Positions 12,928 through 27,200 of a DNA stretch of 64,000 bases are shown one piece after another. Both the position numbers and the translations under genes were made by a program. How positions within the stretch are numbered: position 1 is the stretch's first letter; every line of letters begins with the position of its first letter. The stretch is taken from NCBI GenBank assembly GCA_964247055.1, contig OZ176051.1, forward strand, positions 6,572,001 to 6,636,000. The letters run 5' to 3'. This stretch comes from Paragordius varius. Lineage: Eukaryota > Animalia > Nematomorpha. The notes below the pieces were generated by a model, which worked only from the letters and a program-made list of their open reading frames with translations, was not told where the DNA came from and searched no databases.

Positions 12928-14237
12928 GCATGCAATGAGCATAATAATCTATCTTTTATTAAACATCCCATATTTAGATGACACATTTATATATTTATTG
13001 TCCGCTGTAATTAAAAATTATATGATATTATGATAATTCGTCGTAAACATAAAAATAAGAAAACATTTATATACCATTGTGCTGAATATTTTATCCGAAA
13101 TAACATGGAATTTAAAAAAAATGTTTGTGAAAATTTTTTTAAAAAAAGGTAAATATAAAATGAAGGGAAAAAATAGGATATTGCCTCAAACTATATCCAT
13201 TTTTAATAAATAAAGCACACATATTATTAATGAAACTATCTTTATAAAAAATGACACGAGAATTAAACACTATGATAATATTTACGTTATATATATTTAT
13301 ATTTTTTTTATTTTATTATAAAATTCATGTGAATGTATACGCCTTATATAAAAAATAATTGAATTAGATTTATTCAAATAGTTAATATAGCGATTCCTAA
13401 TATTTTTTATAAACATATATAAAATATTGTCAAATGAGAGTTATATGTTGTTAAAGTAGGAAACCAATGTTGCGTGTTATCATCAATTTCATGAAAAAGT
13501 AATGCATATCAATATAGTTTATTACACTTTTATACTATATAGCAAAGTTATAATTCTATTTAACACACTATGTTTATTTAATGTCTTATTCAACTAACAA
13601 TATAAGAATTATATTATACAAATTAGAAAATATAGTTAAACACATTAGGAGCGTATGTTTAGCTGATTTAGTCGAGTTTTTTTATTATATATGAATGGTA
13701 CATACCATACTTAAGGTGACCAGACGTCCCGCTTTTTCACACTTTATCCCGCGTCCCGCTACGTTTTTAAAATGTCCCGCTTTTTCACGATTATATAAAA
13801 AAAAAATTTTTCAAATAAATTTTTCCGTTTAAGTTTTTTATCATTATATCTTTAAAATCTATATAAATTTTAAATTAAAATTTTTTATTTTTAAATTAAA
13901 AATATTTATTTTTTTCGAATTTATATCATATGATTATACACTTTCCTTCCTACTACCGCTGTCATTATTATCAAAAAGCCAAATTAATACCACAAATCTC
14001 TAGATTTAAAGACAAATTGATACCACAAATCGGTACCTTACACGTTTATTCCAGAAAATTAAGGTAAAATATTTATTATACTAATATTTTAGTTTTATTA
14101 CTTGCCAACATTATTAAAAAGCCAAATTAATACAACAAATCGGTAGCTTAAAAGACAAATTGATACCACAAATCGGTACCTTACACGTTTATTTCAGAAA
14201 ATTAAGGTAATATTTATACTAATAGTAGTTTATAAAT

Positions 14238-17200
14238 ATGAGCACAAAAAGAGGTTGTAAATTCAACGATGAATTAATGAAAAATTTCCCTTTTTTTTCG
14301 ACAGTATTAATGAAAGCCTTTATCCAATGCATTAGACAAGAATTTATCAACCATTTCTCCTACTTTTATCTGATCCCCATACATCATTATTCTCAAGAAA
14401 ACACAAACTAAAAATTAATTGTCCACAAAATATCATTTATCATTCAAAATACAACTCATTTTTTCCTCATATCCTTCATCACAAACCTACCGATTGTTAA
14501 CACATCCTCGCTAATTCTCTACATCTAAACCAACTAAATTCAGACAATGACTGTTCCGAAAAAAACTAATTCCTGTGATGTGTCTTTACGCATTGGTACG
14601 TGGAACTCTCGCGGCACCACCAACAAAATCGAAGTTATCATAAAAGAAATGGTGAAACTCAACATAAGTATATTAGGAATAGCAGAATCCCACATTCCGT
14701 TAAACGGCCACATAGAATATGAAAATCACATCCTATTATACTCAGGTCATGATACTCTTAAACGAAACGGTGTGGCCCTAATAGTGACCAAATCAATCGC
14801 CAACGCATCCGAAATTCACCATCCACACAGCGATCGCATAATATCACTTCGACTAAACTCGTCTCCACAACCAATAACGATATTCCAAATCTATGCCCCT
14901 ACCAACTCTAACAACGAAGAAGACTCCGAACAATTTTACGAGGATCTCAATTCAGCTATTGAGAAAGTTCCTAAAAAAGACATGATATTTGTTTTGGGCG
15001 ACTTTAACGCGATAGTAGGTAACGATAATACACATCAAATCACTGGTGGGAAAGGATTGGGAAACAAAAACGATAGAGGAGACCGCCTCATAGAATTTTG
15101 CAGTGAACACAAATTATTCATATCAAACTCCTTTTTCGAACAACCTAAGCGAAGGCTATACACATGGATTTCACCTTGCAAGAGGCACAGCAAATTGACT
15201 TTATCCTCGGTATGCAAAAATATAAATATTCCTTTATGTACGTAAAAACTTACCCTGGTTCTGACTGCTATTCTGATCATAATCTCCTTGTAGCTAAACT
15301 AAAAATTAAAACAGTTCTCTCACGCAAACCAAAATTTCAGCATAAACCTAAATTAGATTTCTCTGCGATCCCCCCCCCGAGTTTCCTTTGTTACTTGAAA
15401 ACAGATTCAAAACACTCGAAACAGACGATGACGCTGAAAATCTTTGGAATAAAATACAAAATATCACTAGCACTTCAGCCAGAGAATGCATCCCTATCCA
15501 AAAATCCCATCTTAACAAAATTAAGCTCTCACAAAAAAGTTTAGATTTGGCGGACAAACGGCGCCAAGCTAAACGCAATAATAATATGGCAGAGTACAAA
15601 TCACTTAACACAGAGTTCCAAAAAAGCGCTCGGGAAGACAAAAACGATCACTACAATCAGCTGTGCTTAAAACTAGAAAACGCTGCTAAACATAACAACA
15701 ACTACTTTGCTGAAGTAGATCACATTGCTCCACGTAGGTCTAAAATCTACAAAGGCCCAATGAGAAAGGAAGACGGAGATATCATCACAGACAAGAAAAC
15801 ACTGGTGGAACAATGGGAACAATATGTATTAAAACTATACGGCTCCAGTCCATCGAACGCCGATAAAAACAGTAAGATCTATCAACATGACCCACCGATC
15901 ATCAAAGAGGAAGTTGAATGTTAACCATTCCCCAAACAACAAATCTGAGGGGTACAACGATATTCCAACCGAACTCATTCGTTTTATCCCAATCCATATC
16001 CTAACTGACTTATTCCAAAAGATACGCCTCATTTCCCCAAGACTGGTGCAAATCAATACTCATTCCCATCTTGAAAAAAGGCGATCCTAAATCATTTAAC
16101 AACTATAGAACCATAGCGCTAATCAATCAAGCATCAGTTTTCCTCAAAATAATTCACAGGCGTATCCAAGGCATAATTGAAGCCGAACTTTCTAATACTC
16201 AAGCGGATTTCAAATCCAATCGGATGCAGGGACATGATCAGCAATATACGTTGGATATTCGAAAAACAAATTGAATTCCAGAAAGAAACCCACATCTGCT
16301 TCATTGATTTTACAAAAGCCTTCGACAGGTGAAACACGAAACGCTGTGGAAGGCACTATCTCAGATGGGAGTTTCAGATCACATTTTAAACATCATAAAA
16401 TCCCTCTATTCCAATTCATCACTAAACATAAAAACCCCACATGGCACAAGTAATTGGGTACAAATAAACAATGGTCTAAGACAAGGTTGTGTCCTCTCAC
16501 TCACTCTTTTTAACGTCTGCATAGAAAGCGTATTACGGAACATAGATAAAACTAATAGTATAAGCATTGCCGGCAATATTATATCATCACTTCATTATGC
16601 TGATGACACCATACTGCTGTCAAACTCAGTGGACAACCTGAAAAAACTCCTAACTGAATTCTCAAACGTCAAAAATTTGGAATGACGATTAATTTCAAAA
16701 AAACTAAAATCATGACTATAAACGCTCATAACCATTATAACAACTTATCTCACAACCAACAAATAGAAGTAGTGTCCCAATACACTTACCTAGGCAGTCT
16801 TATAAATACAACTAACAACAGCACCCCAGACATTAAAAGAAGAATAGGAATTGCAAAGACAAAAATGATAAAATATAATAAACTATGGTCATCACACGAC
16901 ATCAAACTTAAAACAAAAATCCGTTTAGTTAAAGCCCTAATATTTCCTAGCATGCTATATGCATCAGAAAGCTGGACAATAAAAAAGGTAGACGAAAAAT
17001 ACATTAATGCCTTCGAAATCTGGTGCTGGCGGAAGGTACTTCAAATCACTTGGAAAGATAAAGTAAAAAACACTGTAATCCTTTAAAAAATAAACCCCGA
17101 GATACACCTGATTGGCATGTGCCTCAAAATGAAATTATCATACTTTGGTCACATTACCAGAGCTAATGACTTGGAATTCCAACTAATGACAGGCAAGGTC

Positions 17201-18596
17201 GAAGGATCCAGGAAACGTGGACGCTGCAAGATGCGCTGGATTGAAAACCTAACCAAAAAAACCAATATCTCTTTACAACAGTTAACATCACTCACTTACA
17301 ATCGAATAAACTGGAGAAAATACACCTTCGAAAAAGCAATAAATCGACAACGATCTTTGCTACAATAATAATAATAAAAAAACGAAGAATGAATCATCTG
17401 TTAAATGTCTTATATACCAGGGGGAATTCACCCTAGCACATGGCGGCAAGCATGATATTACAAAGCATATGGAAACACAGAAACATAAAAAATGTTTAGA
17501 TATGGCGGCATCATCTTACAAAATGAGCGATTTTTTTCGAAAAACCGCTTTTGGAGAGGACGAAAAGAATTGGCACTAGCTGAGGGCGCCGTTAATCACA
17601 ATCATTCCTTTAGATCTATGGACTGTACCTCACAGGTTATTCGCACGTTATCCATAAAAAATTTACATGTGCCCGTACAAAGGCTGAAGCCATTGTGTGC
17701 AATGTCCTTTCGCCACATGCCTGAAATACAAAAAAATTTGCTAAAAATTAATTTCTTATCCCTATACTCTGACGCTTCAAATCACCATGAAACAAAATTA
17801 TTTCCCACTTTGATAAGATATTTTGATTTAGAAACCGGAGTAAAAATTACTTAGATTTAATTTCCCTACACGGTGAAAATTCCGAAATAATATTTACTTC
17901 AAAAATGCATATTCTAGAAAAAAATAATTTAAAAGACAAAATTATCGCATATTGCGCTGACAACACCAATACGAACTTAGGTGGAAAAGCAAGGAGGGGA
18001 ACAAAAAATATTTTTCATAAATTAACAGATAATCTTGATCAAAACATTATTGGCGTTGGGTGTGCAGCGCATATAATATACAACGCTACTGGAAGACGCA
18101 ATTTAATGAAATTGATCAATTTCATTATATAACATTAAAATCCGAATTTAATTGGTGCGTTCAAAAATCATTTGATTATATCTGCTCATTCTCAAAAAAT
18201 AATTTTTTAGAAAATGATCTTTTTTCTGAAGTATCATTAGTTAAAAGGTATATTAATAATGAAAAACTTAAATTATGGACAAAAGAAAAATATACAGTAT
18301 AAAAGAAATGGTTGGAAATATTTCATCATTTTGAAGCCAGGTATATTACATATAATATTTTAAAAATAGTGGATATCGCACTATCTTTACCTGGAACCAA
18401 CGCTGCTACTGAGCGCGTTTTTTCCACATTTGTGTGGACATTGGAAAAATCAAATTTAAATGTTGAAACATTAAAGGCCATTTTATCTGTCAAATATAAT
18501 TTGACAAATTCTTGTGAAGACTTCTACAATAATTTAAAAAATGATGACAATCTGCTAAAACGCATTCGCTCCAACAAAAAATATACCAAAGAATAA
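14238..18596 (+). pseudogene. hAT transposase pseudogene (BED finger, DDE, C-terminal dimerisation domain), interrupted by the LINE
   Basis: MSTKRGCKFNDELMKKFPF (14238-14298) resumes after the LINE as KTKNESSVKCLIYQGEFTLAHGGKHDITKHMETQKHK (BED-like). It continues with LYSDASNH, YCADNTNTN, GVGCAAH (CxxH) and LSLPGTNAATERVFS...LKAIL. Frameshifts are present, with an internal deletion near 18090. Confidence 0.85.
14299..17377 (+). mobile_element. RTE-clade non-LTR retrotransposon (APE endonuclease + RT), full-length but frameshifted
   Basis: Endonuclease motifs are IGTWNSR, LGIAE, QIYAPT and GDFNAIVG. RT motifs are YRTIAL, GLRQGCVLS and LHYADD. The C-terminus has YLGS, LYASESW and GKVEGSRKRGR. 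It ends in a (TAA)4 tail at 17366-17377 and is spread over track ORFs 14547..17368. Confidence 0.92.
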
Positions 18597-18929
18597 AATA
18601 TTTTCTTTAAAGTTTTCGTGTTAAAAAATAAACAAAATTACTTAATATATTGTATAAGTCTTCATAATTTGTCAAATTATATTTGAACACATAAAATGGC
18701 TTTTATTCAACATTTAAATTTGATTCCGTGTCCTTACTTAATTTACTGTGGAAAAACGCGTTCAATAGCAGTGGTTCAGGTAAAGATAAAAATTCTACAA
18801 TTAAAATATTATTGTATGGAACATAATTTGTTTAAAAATGATTATTTTAACCATTTCTATCCTACGTATTTTTTTCTGTTGTCCATAATATAAGTTTTCA
18901 TTCAATATATTTATTAAATAATGAGACTT

Positions 18930-19450
18930 ATAAAAAAGTGTCATTGTGCACCGTCTTGTCTTCCAAATAATCGTTTCTGTTTGTATAAAACATTTTTATA
19001 TTCTGGCTATTCATTGAGCCTTGTTTTTCTGGATGCTTTATAATATTGCGATTAGGTAATGGTATAAAATTATTTTCTAACCTTTTTTGACTTGGAATTT
19101 TGACCTTTGTCCTGTGATAATAAATAGGATTCTAGGAGATCACATTTTTATACATATTTCATTCGCTGGCAAAAGAGCTAACCAACAGTTCTACAATATC
19201 CAATTTTAACATCTATATTTTCCACATCCAGGGGTAAAAAATCAGTAGCTGTTTGAACAGCGATGTGTATCTACCAATAATGTTTTGATTAAGATTATTC
19301 GCTAAATTGTTGAAAATATTTTTTGTGCCGCTTCTTGCATCACCCAGCGAACTTTGTGATGATTTCGTCTTTATTATTTTTTTCAAGAATATTACAATCA
19401 CTTCACCCTTTGTTCGTGCACATGTAAATTTATTGAATAAGGTACAAACA
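18930..19450 (-). pseudogene. Inverted fragment of a related hAT transposase inside the hAT element
   Basis: The minus strand gives GDARSGTKNIFNNLANNLNQNIIG (cf. plus-strand GKARRGTKNIFHKLTDNLDQNIIG), then VQTATDFLPLDVE, WLALLPA (cf. hAT TRWL) and LESYLLSQDK. Boundaries approximate. Confidence 0.65.
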
Positions 19451-20899
19451 ACCTGTCAGGTACAATTTTTTTTTATTTATAATGTATTAGTGTTAAAAAT
19501 AAATAAATATTACAATAAATTTTTTGTATAAAAATTTTTGGTTGTACCCAACGACGCCCCCCTCTCAGATTTGTCCCTTTTTCCTTCAAAAAATCTGGTC
19601 ACCTTAACCACTGGTACTAATTTGATGTAATTTGTATATTAGTCTTTTCGGAAGAAATCGAAAAACTTGGATATTATGAAACCTCTTTTTCTGGCCGGCA
19701 TCACTGTTCTTAGCGAATAATTGTTTTTAATTATGTAACAATATCATAAATATGTTCAAAGTATTTAATGCCACTTTTCAAAAGTATTGAGTACAATTCT
19801 ATTCAAATAACCTATGTGATTGTTAATAACAAAGTTCAACCGGGTTAGTAATTTAAACCCGTATAAACCAGCTCCAACGTAGATTCGCGCAGTAATGAAA
19901 AAAGAAACATATGTCGCACTCGTTACTCATAAATTCAATGGATTTTTTCTGTAATTTTTCGATTCTCAAATGATTTAGAATATGTTCTTAAGCTTCACAT
20001 TTATCTAAATGATTCTACTGACGACTGGTTTCTAGTGAAAAGAGCCAGGACCAAAATGTTAATCTAAGGATTGCTTTGTGATACACAACTATCACCTTCC
20101 CGTGTATTAATAGAATTATTATCAATACAAAAAATTGTGCACAATTCAATTCCCAATATGTCCTTTATATAAAAACATTATTGGATGAGGTATTCAAAAC
20201 AAATAATTTGATATTTTTTTCAAAATTAAATATCATTGACAATTATTATGAAATTTTAATGAATCAAATTTAAGTGAAAAATTAAAAGCTAACTAAATAT
20301 TTTACTAAATTTGACAAGGTGGTATTATTTGCCTAATGAATTATAATATTAAGTATACAAATCACAATATGGAGGAAAAAAAATTGAACCAAAAATATTT
20401 TGATAGACAAATTCAAGGTTTCATTGTAATTTTGGTTTTGGGCCTTGCAAGTCTCAAAAAAATATCAACCCTTTTGCTGTAATTGGTCCATATACTGAAT
20501 CCCAAATCGAGGATTGTAAAAATCCTAATGAATATACTGATAGAATGTATCATGATTTTCATGGTACTTTTGGTTTAGGGCTTGCAGTTATAAGAAATTT
20601 ATTTGCTTTTTTTAATTTCAATAGCTTAAAATCGCAAAACTAGCCCAAATTATGTTTAATAAAGATTTTTGGTATGTCTAATTTTTAATCCAAACAAACC
20701 ATTGAAATATATAATATACTTTTAAACAGCTAAAGAATATTTATATGTAATTTTAATTTAACGTGGGATTTGAAACTTTTACGCTCTAAAATGAGATAGT
20801 TATATTAAAATAAGCAAAAATGCGAGGTTTTGGCATAAGATTTTTTATGATAGCCGCAAAAAATATTTATCTTGTCTCAAAGGATGCCATATAATACCC

Positions 20900-22990
20900 A
20901 TTTCATAGCTTTTTGGCACATTTTCAGATATTTATACTCCAAATAAGTGCATTGAAAAAATGAATATAAAAGGTTAGGACCAAAAAAGCACATTAAGAGC
21001 CGGGGTTTGATTATCACTGTGCCAAATTTGGGCATCAAAAAATATTTTTAAATATTACATTGTTCAAGAATTTAATTTCTAATAAAATTTTGTTGTAGTG
21101 TAGTTTAGACTATCTTGAGACATGATGGAAACAATATAAGAACGCTTTTAGACACCATAACACCTTTTTATATTATTCGATGATGATTCAATATCCTCAA
21201 AATTTTGACTAAAGTCTTCCTTTGTATCCAAATTTATTTTAAAAATTGCATACAAATCACTCAAATTGAAAAGGAAACGAACGAAGGTGAAATGTTCAGC
21301 ATCATCAATATAAAAAGGTTGTTTATTAATATCTTAAACTATCTTTATATAATTTTCATCATGATTCAAAATGCCATAAATCTAGCTCAACAAATTTTCA
21401 CTATTTACACTTTTTTGAATAAAAATTAATAAATAAATTTAACGCCTAATCTTGGCTTCGTTATTTCAACAATTTAGGGTCCTAAACTTTTAGATTTTCC
21501 GAGCCAACATCATAATTTAAATTTTATAAGAATATAGTTTATAATTTTTATATGGTTTGATGATAAATTTTGTGAAATGTTTTTATAGTGAGGCATTTAG
21601 CTTTCACCAAAATATTTAATAAATAAAATGTACACGTTTTGCAATTTTCTGACATAGAGCTGTTATCATATAACACCTCCCTTAAATGACTTGTAAGGGC
21701 CATACAGGTATCATGATAATCCTGATACATTTTCCTATAAGATATCTATTTTATCAAGATATTTGTTGTGTGAACACTGTTATCTTGAAAAATCGAAACA
21801 ATTTTTTGGAACTAAATTCTTAATTTCAAATTATCATTTAATTCTTAATTTCAAATTATTATTAATATATATGGCTCCTATATTTAAAGCAACGAATACT
21901 TTTTAATTTTTATATGCGGTTCAAATATTTTCCCGCGCTAAAATGGGTATGTTTTCTTGAAATAAACACAAAAATGCCGAAATCTCGCTATAAGAATATC
22001 CGATATATGGTAAATTATGACGTCAAATCTTTTTTATACACTTAAAGATATTATAAATCATTATTAATGTATATGATAGGCAATTATCTAAGGTCAGATG
22101 TTTAGATTTGTAAAATTAAGTTGATTATAGAATATGTTTGTTAAAAGAATCCTGAGGTATCTAGCAAAAATAATTGTTATAGCGTAGTCTCGGGATATTT
22201 GCGTTTAAAAGGAAACTCGCCCATTTTAGAGGAGACAATATAAGTCTTTGGAAACCTTTATATGAATATGTAAATGTTAAAAATTTGCGTTTTTAAATAT
22301 AGAATATGATATAAATTAAGGATAGTTTTTTGAATTAAATTTTTACTTATCAAAATTTTTTTAGCATAATGTGTTTTTTTAAAATTTTTCGATATGGAGC
22401 GATTACTAGAAAAATAGTATTATCTTTTTCAATCTTAGGGCCTATAACTGAAGGTACAAGGAGAATCTTGATACATTTATCCGTTATTTATATATTTTAT
22501 CAAAAATGCCGAGATTTCGTGTTCTTTGTATTACAGGAAAACAATATTTGATAATTAAATTGTATCCAAAACGACTTTTACAGTTTAATAAGCAGTGGTT
22601 ACAAATGCCCAAAAATGTAATCTGCTGTAAAGATAATGAAGGAATTTGCTAAAAACTCGGGAAAAAACTTAGATAAAATTTATAAAAAAATTTGATGTAA
22701 CACTTTATCATCTTCCCATTTTTCGGATATCATAACATTGGGGTAGTGTACCCTTAAGCTCATATTGTACTCTAATGTTAAGAAGGTTATTTTGTTCAAA
22801 AAATTATCAAACATTGTTATCCGCGTTTGATTAAAAAGCTTATATTTTTTGCTGTTTTTATTCGGTTGAAGTCGAGAAAATCCCGATTCAAACAAACAGC
22901 TGACTTTAAAATCGTATCCATTCTTAATTGTTTTTAAGATTGATATTTGTGACCTTAACACTGCATCCAACGGGGGTATAAAAAAATATT
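20900..22990 (-). pseudogene. Decayed multi-exon coding-like region of unknown family
   Basis: Exon-like open stretches occur at 22680-22970 (96 aa), ~21620-21735 and ~21165-21335 (DINKQPFYIDDAEHFTFVRFLFNLSDLY...NNIK, ending at a GT). No recognisable motif and no complete model. Confidence 0.3.
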
Positions 22991-24223
22991 TTGATGATAT
23001 ATATATATCTTCTGATAGGAAAATATATCAGGATGTGCTTTTGATTTAGGCCCTCATGAGTGATATAAGTAAGACTTTTTTGCGTTAAGTGCTCCACATC
23101 ATAAAATGGCAAAATTTGCGCACATATTTTTTTACATAATATTTTTGTGAAAGCAAAATGGTTCTACCAAAAAATATCACTTAAATATATCAAACTACCT
23201 ATAAATAGCAAAACAATTTTTTAAAATATTTAATTTTAATTGTTAGTCCGAAAGTCCCAAATTTTTGGCGCTTCGAACATGGGCAAGTTCATGTAAATTA
23301 AACTTAAAAATTCCGGGAGTGCAAATTTTTAATATATTATAAATTTTGACATAAAAAATATATACTTCTTACTCAAATTTGAAGCAAATTGATGAAGTGT
23401 ACTACATCCTATTTTTAGGCATGTTGGAAACGGTATAAAAACCCTTTTAGATATTAAAAAAGACTTTTTTCATATAATCCGAAAGGCAAACATTTCTTCA
23501 GGTATTTTATTTAAAGGTTCGTTTATTTAAAATTTTTTGAATTTTAATGAAAAAACACAATTTATTTGACATAAATTTATGAACGAATATTTTAATCAAA
23601 AAGGAAACCCGTTATCTCAAACATTTTTACCGTATCATTAAATATTGATATAACAATAAAAGATCATAATTGAACGCAAAAAATGGACTAATATTAATAT
23701 TTTATTAAATAAATACTTAATAATAAATGACCATAAATTTTGTCTTTAACATTTCATTTACCTTTTCACTTTTTTGTCCTAGTTTACCTTTAAAGTAATT
23801 TATATCGCAAAGCTCAATTTTTTATATAAACTATAGTTTTGAAAGTTATATTAGTTAAAATTTAATTATCAAGCATTTTTAGATATATTTGAACCTAGAA
23901 GACTAAAGAGCATAATTTTATATTCGGCGTACTACCTTAATTTTTTAAGATATTCAAGTTAAAAATCGCTCTGGGATATAAGCTTCTGCAAAAGATATGG
24001 AGTGTTAATTAAAAAAGCGTTTGGCTTATATTTATATTTTGGCAATCCTTAATTATTTGCTTTGAATATTTAATAATTCATATTCTTTATAGTAATATGT
24101 TCATATTATTCTCTTGCTAGCTTTGCATAACTACTTTGATAAATTTTGAAAAAAACAGCCCAGAGAGAATTATTAAAAATAAATAAATAATATAATCCTG
24201 CTGTGTTATGAGTGTACCCATAA

Positions 24224-27200
24224 ATGCCCGTATTAGGACTTCAACTTTGTTTTTCAGTGGGCCTAATATCTTTTTTACAAAAATTTAATAAATACTATTC
24301 ATTAAACCACCATCTCTTATCAAAGTTAGTTTTGTTTTAAATTATAGTGTAAAACGTTACATATTTTTATCACAAGATAAAGAGGTTTCGCAATACATCT
24401 TAAAAGTTAACACTAACAATAACGCCAAATCAGATTCAATATATTCATACAACTCATTACCTTACATAACATCAGCGTTTAAATTTAGAAATATACAGAA
24501 AAATGAATTGGAAACATTTGCATTTTATCACAATTGGGTGTGGTTGATTGATTATTGTTTCATCTCATCCGTTATTGTTAATTTGTTTTACTTTGCGTTA
24601 AAATTGCTTCTAGTTTATTTTGTAAAATCCCAAGAAAATATTTTAATGGAAACTTTTTATACATTCGATCTTTCCCTTGTATGGAATACAGTCATTATTA
24701 TTTTTGCGTTTTATACCCTTTTCAAAATTAATTACAATATCTTTGCTGTAACTTATCATGAAAAATCATCTAAGCCTGCAACGAACAATCTTATTCGCTT
24801 ATCTGGTGAATCTCAATTAATTTTATTAGTTTTTTTGATTTCTTTTATGGTTTCAGGGTTAATATATTTTGCTGAAATAAATTATAACTTAAAAAATATC
24901 GATATACTTTTATCCCCGACTTCACCCAAAATCAATAGCTTTAGTAACTCTTATTATCACGATTTTGATTCTTATAAAATCGAAACCAATCCCAATTCCT
25001 ATTTCACATATTTACAGTATATTATTATTATATTTAAAATAGTCTATATATATTTCATATAACTCCCAAATTAATTGTTCCATTAAATTTGTTATAGAAA
25101 TAATCGGTTAGAAATTTTATATTATGTCATCATGTGTCTATTCGGAGGATTTTTGGGAGCTTTTTTGTTTTTCCCTTGTTTTCGCTTATCTACAATCTCA
25201 TACGATGCATTGAGTTACAGCACACCACAATTAAAGTAAATTAATTTTTGTTATGTTAAATTTATAATTGGTTATGTCTTTTTCTCATTATTGTTTTTCA
25301 TTTCATAGGTGTTTATTGGCTTTAGACGCCTTCGGATCAATTGTATTGACCTTATCTTGGTTTTGTTACGATGAACGGGCTATATGGTACTTACATTATA
25401 ATATAATATTTAATATGTATAGCATGCTAAAGCACATAATATTTTTATTTTTTTACATTTTACATATTTATGTGGACAGAAAAATGGAAGTAAAATCGGC
25501 ATTTTTTCTTTTTTATTGATTATCTAATCTTAAGTCGATCCTTTTAAATCCTTCTTTTATTAATCATAAATTTCTTACATACAAATATACATTGTATGAA
25601 CTTTAGTTTTTTCACAATAACACTGTAATTATGCCGTCTTATGCTAAATCAAATTTTTTTTTATTGTTTAAACCCATTTCCCAACTTTATAGTCGCATTT
25701 AATAAACTACCATTTTTCACATATTTGCATCTTTTTAGGATTCTCTATATCCGTCCCTTGTTACATGTTGCTTTTGGATTTTTACGATTTTTTATGTTTC
25801 GACACCACATTCAAGCCTACCTAAGGACGGCGTTTGATAAAGTATTAGCGTTAAAACCAATGATATTACCTAAACATGAAAAGGATAAAAATGGACCCAA
25901 AGTTATAACTGCTTCCATGATTAATAATACGGTAATGAAATGATTTATTTAAATTGACTTTTTTTAAATATTGGTGAATATTTTGATTATGAATATTTTT
26001 TTTTAAAAGAAATGTTCACAATATTTTAACTAAAATCACATATTTATATTAACATGACGTGGATTGTATTTGTAATTAGACCAATCGCTTTTATACATTA
26101 CATTTTCTTATTAGAGCTTATATTTTGGGAATATACCTTCCCAGATAATTGAATGCCTGCCTATATAAATATAATTTTTAGTATTCTTACATATCCTTAC
26201 TAATTCTTCATCATATGGTATATTAACTAAATTTACTGTTCAATATTTTATTTTTATGAATCTGTTATTTCTTATATTATCCTGCAGTATCTTAAGTGCC
26301 ACCAGTTAACATAATATGCTTTTTTGTAACACTTTATTAATTCCTTCCACCATAAATCAATCTTTGTATAATTGCATATCCTTTTATTCAACTTATTTTG
26401 GGACACTCAGTGTTTATTTACTTTATCACAAATTTATGCTTTTTTCTTTACGCTGCCGTAATAAGACTATGCAATGAATATCGATATTTTAATATACCTT
26501 GATTCAAAAACAAACTTTATCCAATTCTCTATTGTAAAATATTGTGAACTTCCTTCCCCTTTTGTTATGGTATCATTTCTTTATACAAAAAGTGTGTTAA
26601 TTGTCATTGATTTGAGGTTCGCACCTACATAAAGTACCTTTGTAGTCTATTTTAAATATTCTTTGGGATCTAAAAGACTATCACTTATTAGACTAACACT
26701 GCCGTAAAATAATTGAATTATAGATCGTAAAAATAAACTAATATCCTAAAAATAGAAAATATTCATTGTAGCCAAATATTTGATTTTTTTATGCATGGAC
26801 TAGAAAAAGCTTCTTGAAAAGCATCTACGACCCAAATATGGTTATTCAAAGTATCTGTGTCCTGTCCCTAACAAAAATATCTTGTTTAAAGGGCAGTAAA
26901 ATCTGCGATGAATAGACAGAATTATGGTTTAAAACAGACTACTGTAGATTAAACTAATTAGAAAAAAGATATGTGTAAAGTTCACTAAATGGTTATTACA
27001 ATATGGCAAGTTTTAATTTTGAGGATGTCATGTAGTTAGAATCTAATTAAAAGTAAGATATCATATGCGCAATATATTTCGATAGAGTTATAAATCTACC
27101 TATTTTTATATTACAGTATGCATTTTAATGTATGTTAAGTAATTTTATTGCCTGCCAAATAACATAAATGGTTTATCAAATGCGTAAAATACTGACCCAC

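Larger units (their letters stand above)
13712..19606 (+). mobile_element. hAT (Blackjack-like) DNA transposon, defective, containing an RTE LINE and an inverted transposase fragment
   Basis: TIRs are TAAGGTGACCAGA (13712) and TCTGGTCACCTTA (ends 19606). The TSD is only partly conserved (ACCATACT vs ACCACTGG). A ~140-bp tandem duplication lies at ~13975-14222 in the 5' region. Confidence 0.85.

Noticed and set aside
15035-17004. Minus-strand ORFs over the RTE (also plus-strand ORFs 32511..34787 and 35679..36114)
   Set aside because: They are antisense shadows of LINE coding sequence.
26200-26760. Ciliate-type code (TAA/TAG = Gln) suggested by in-frame stops in decayed regions
   Set aside because: The intact genes (AP1S, TMEM126-like, RTE ORF) end at TAA, use CAA/CAG for Gln and have long frames free of TAA/TAG. 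The stops are better explained by pseudogenisation and AT richness.
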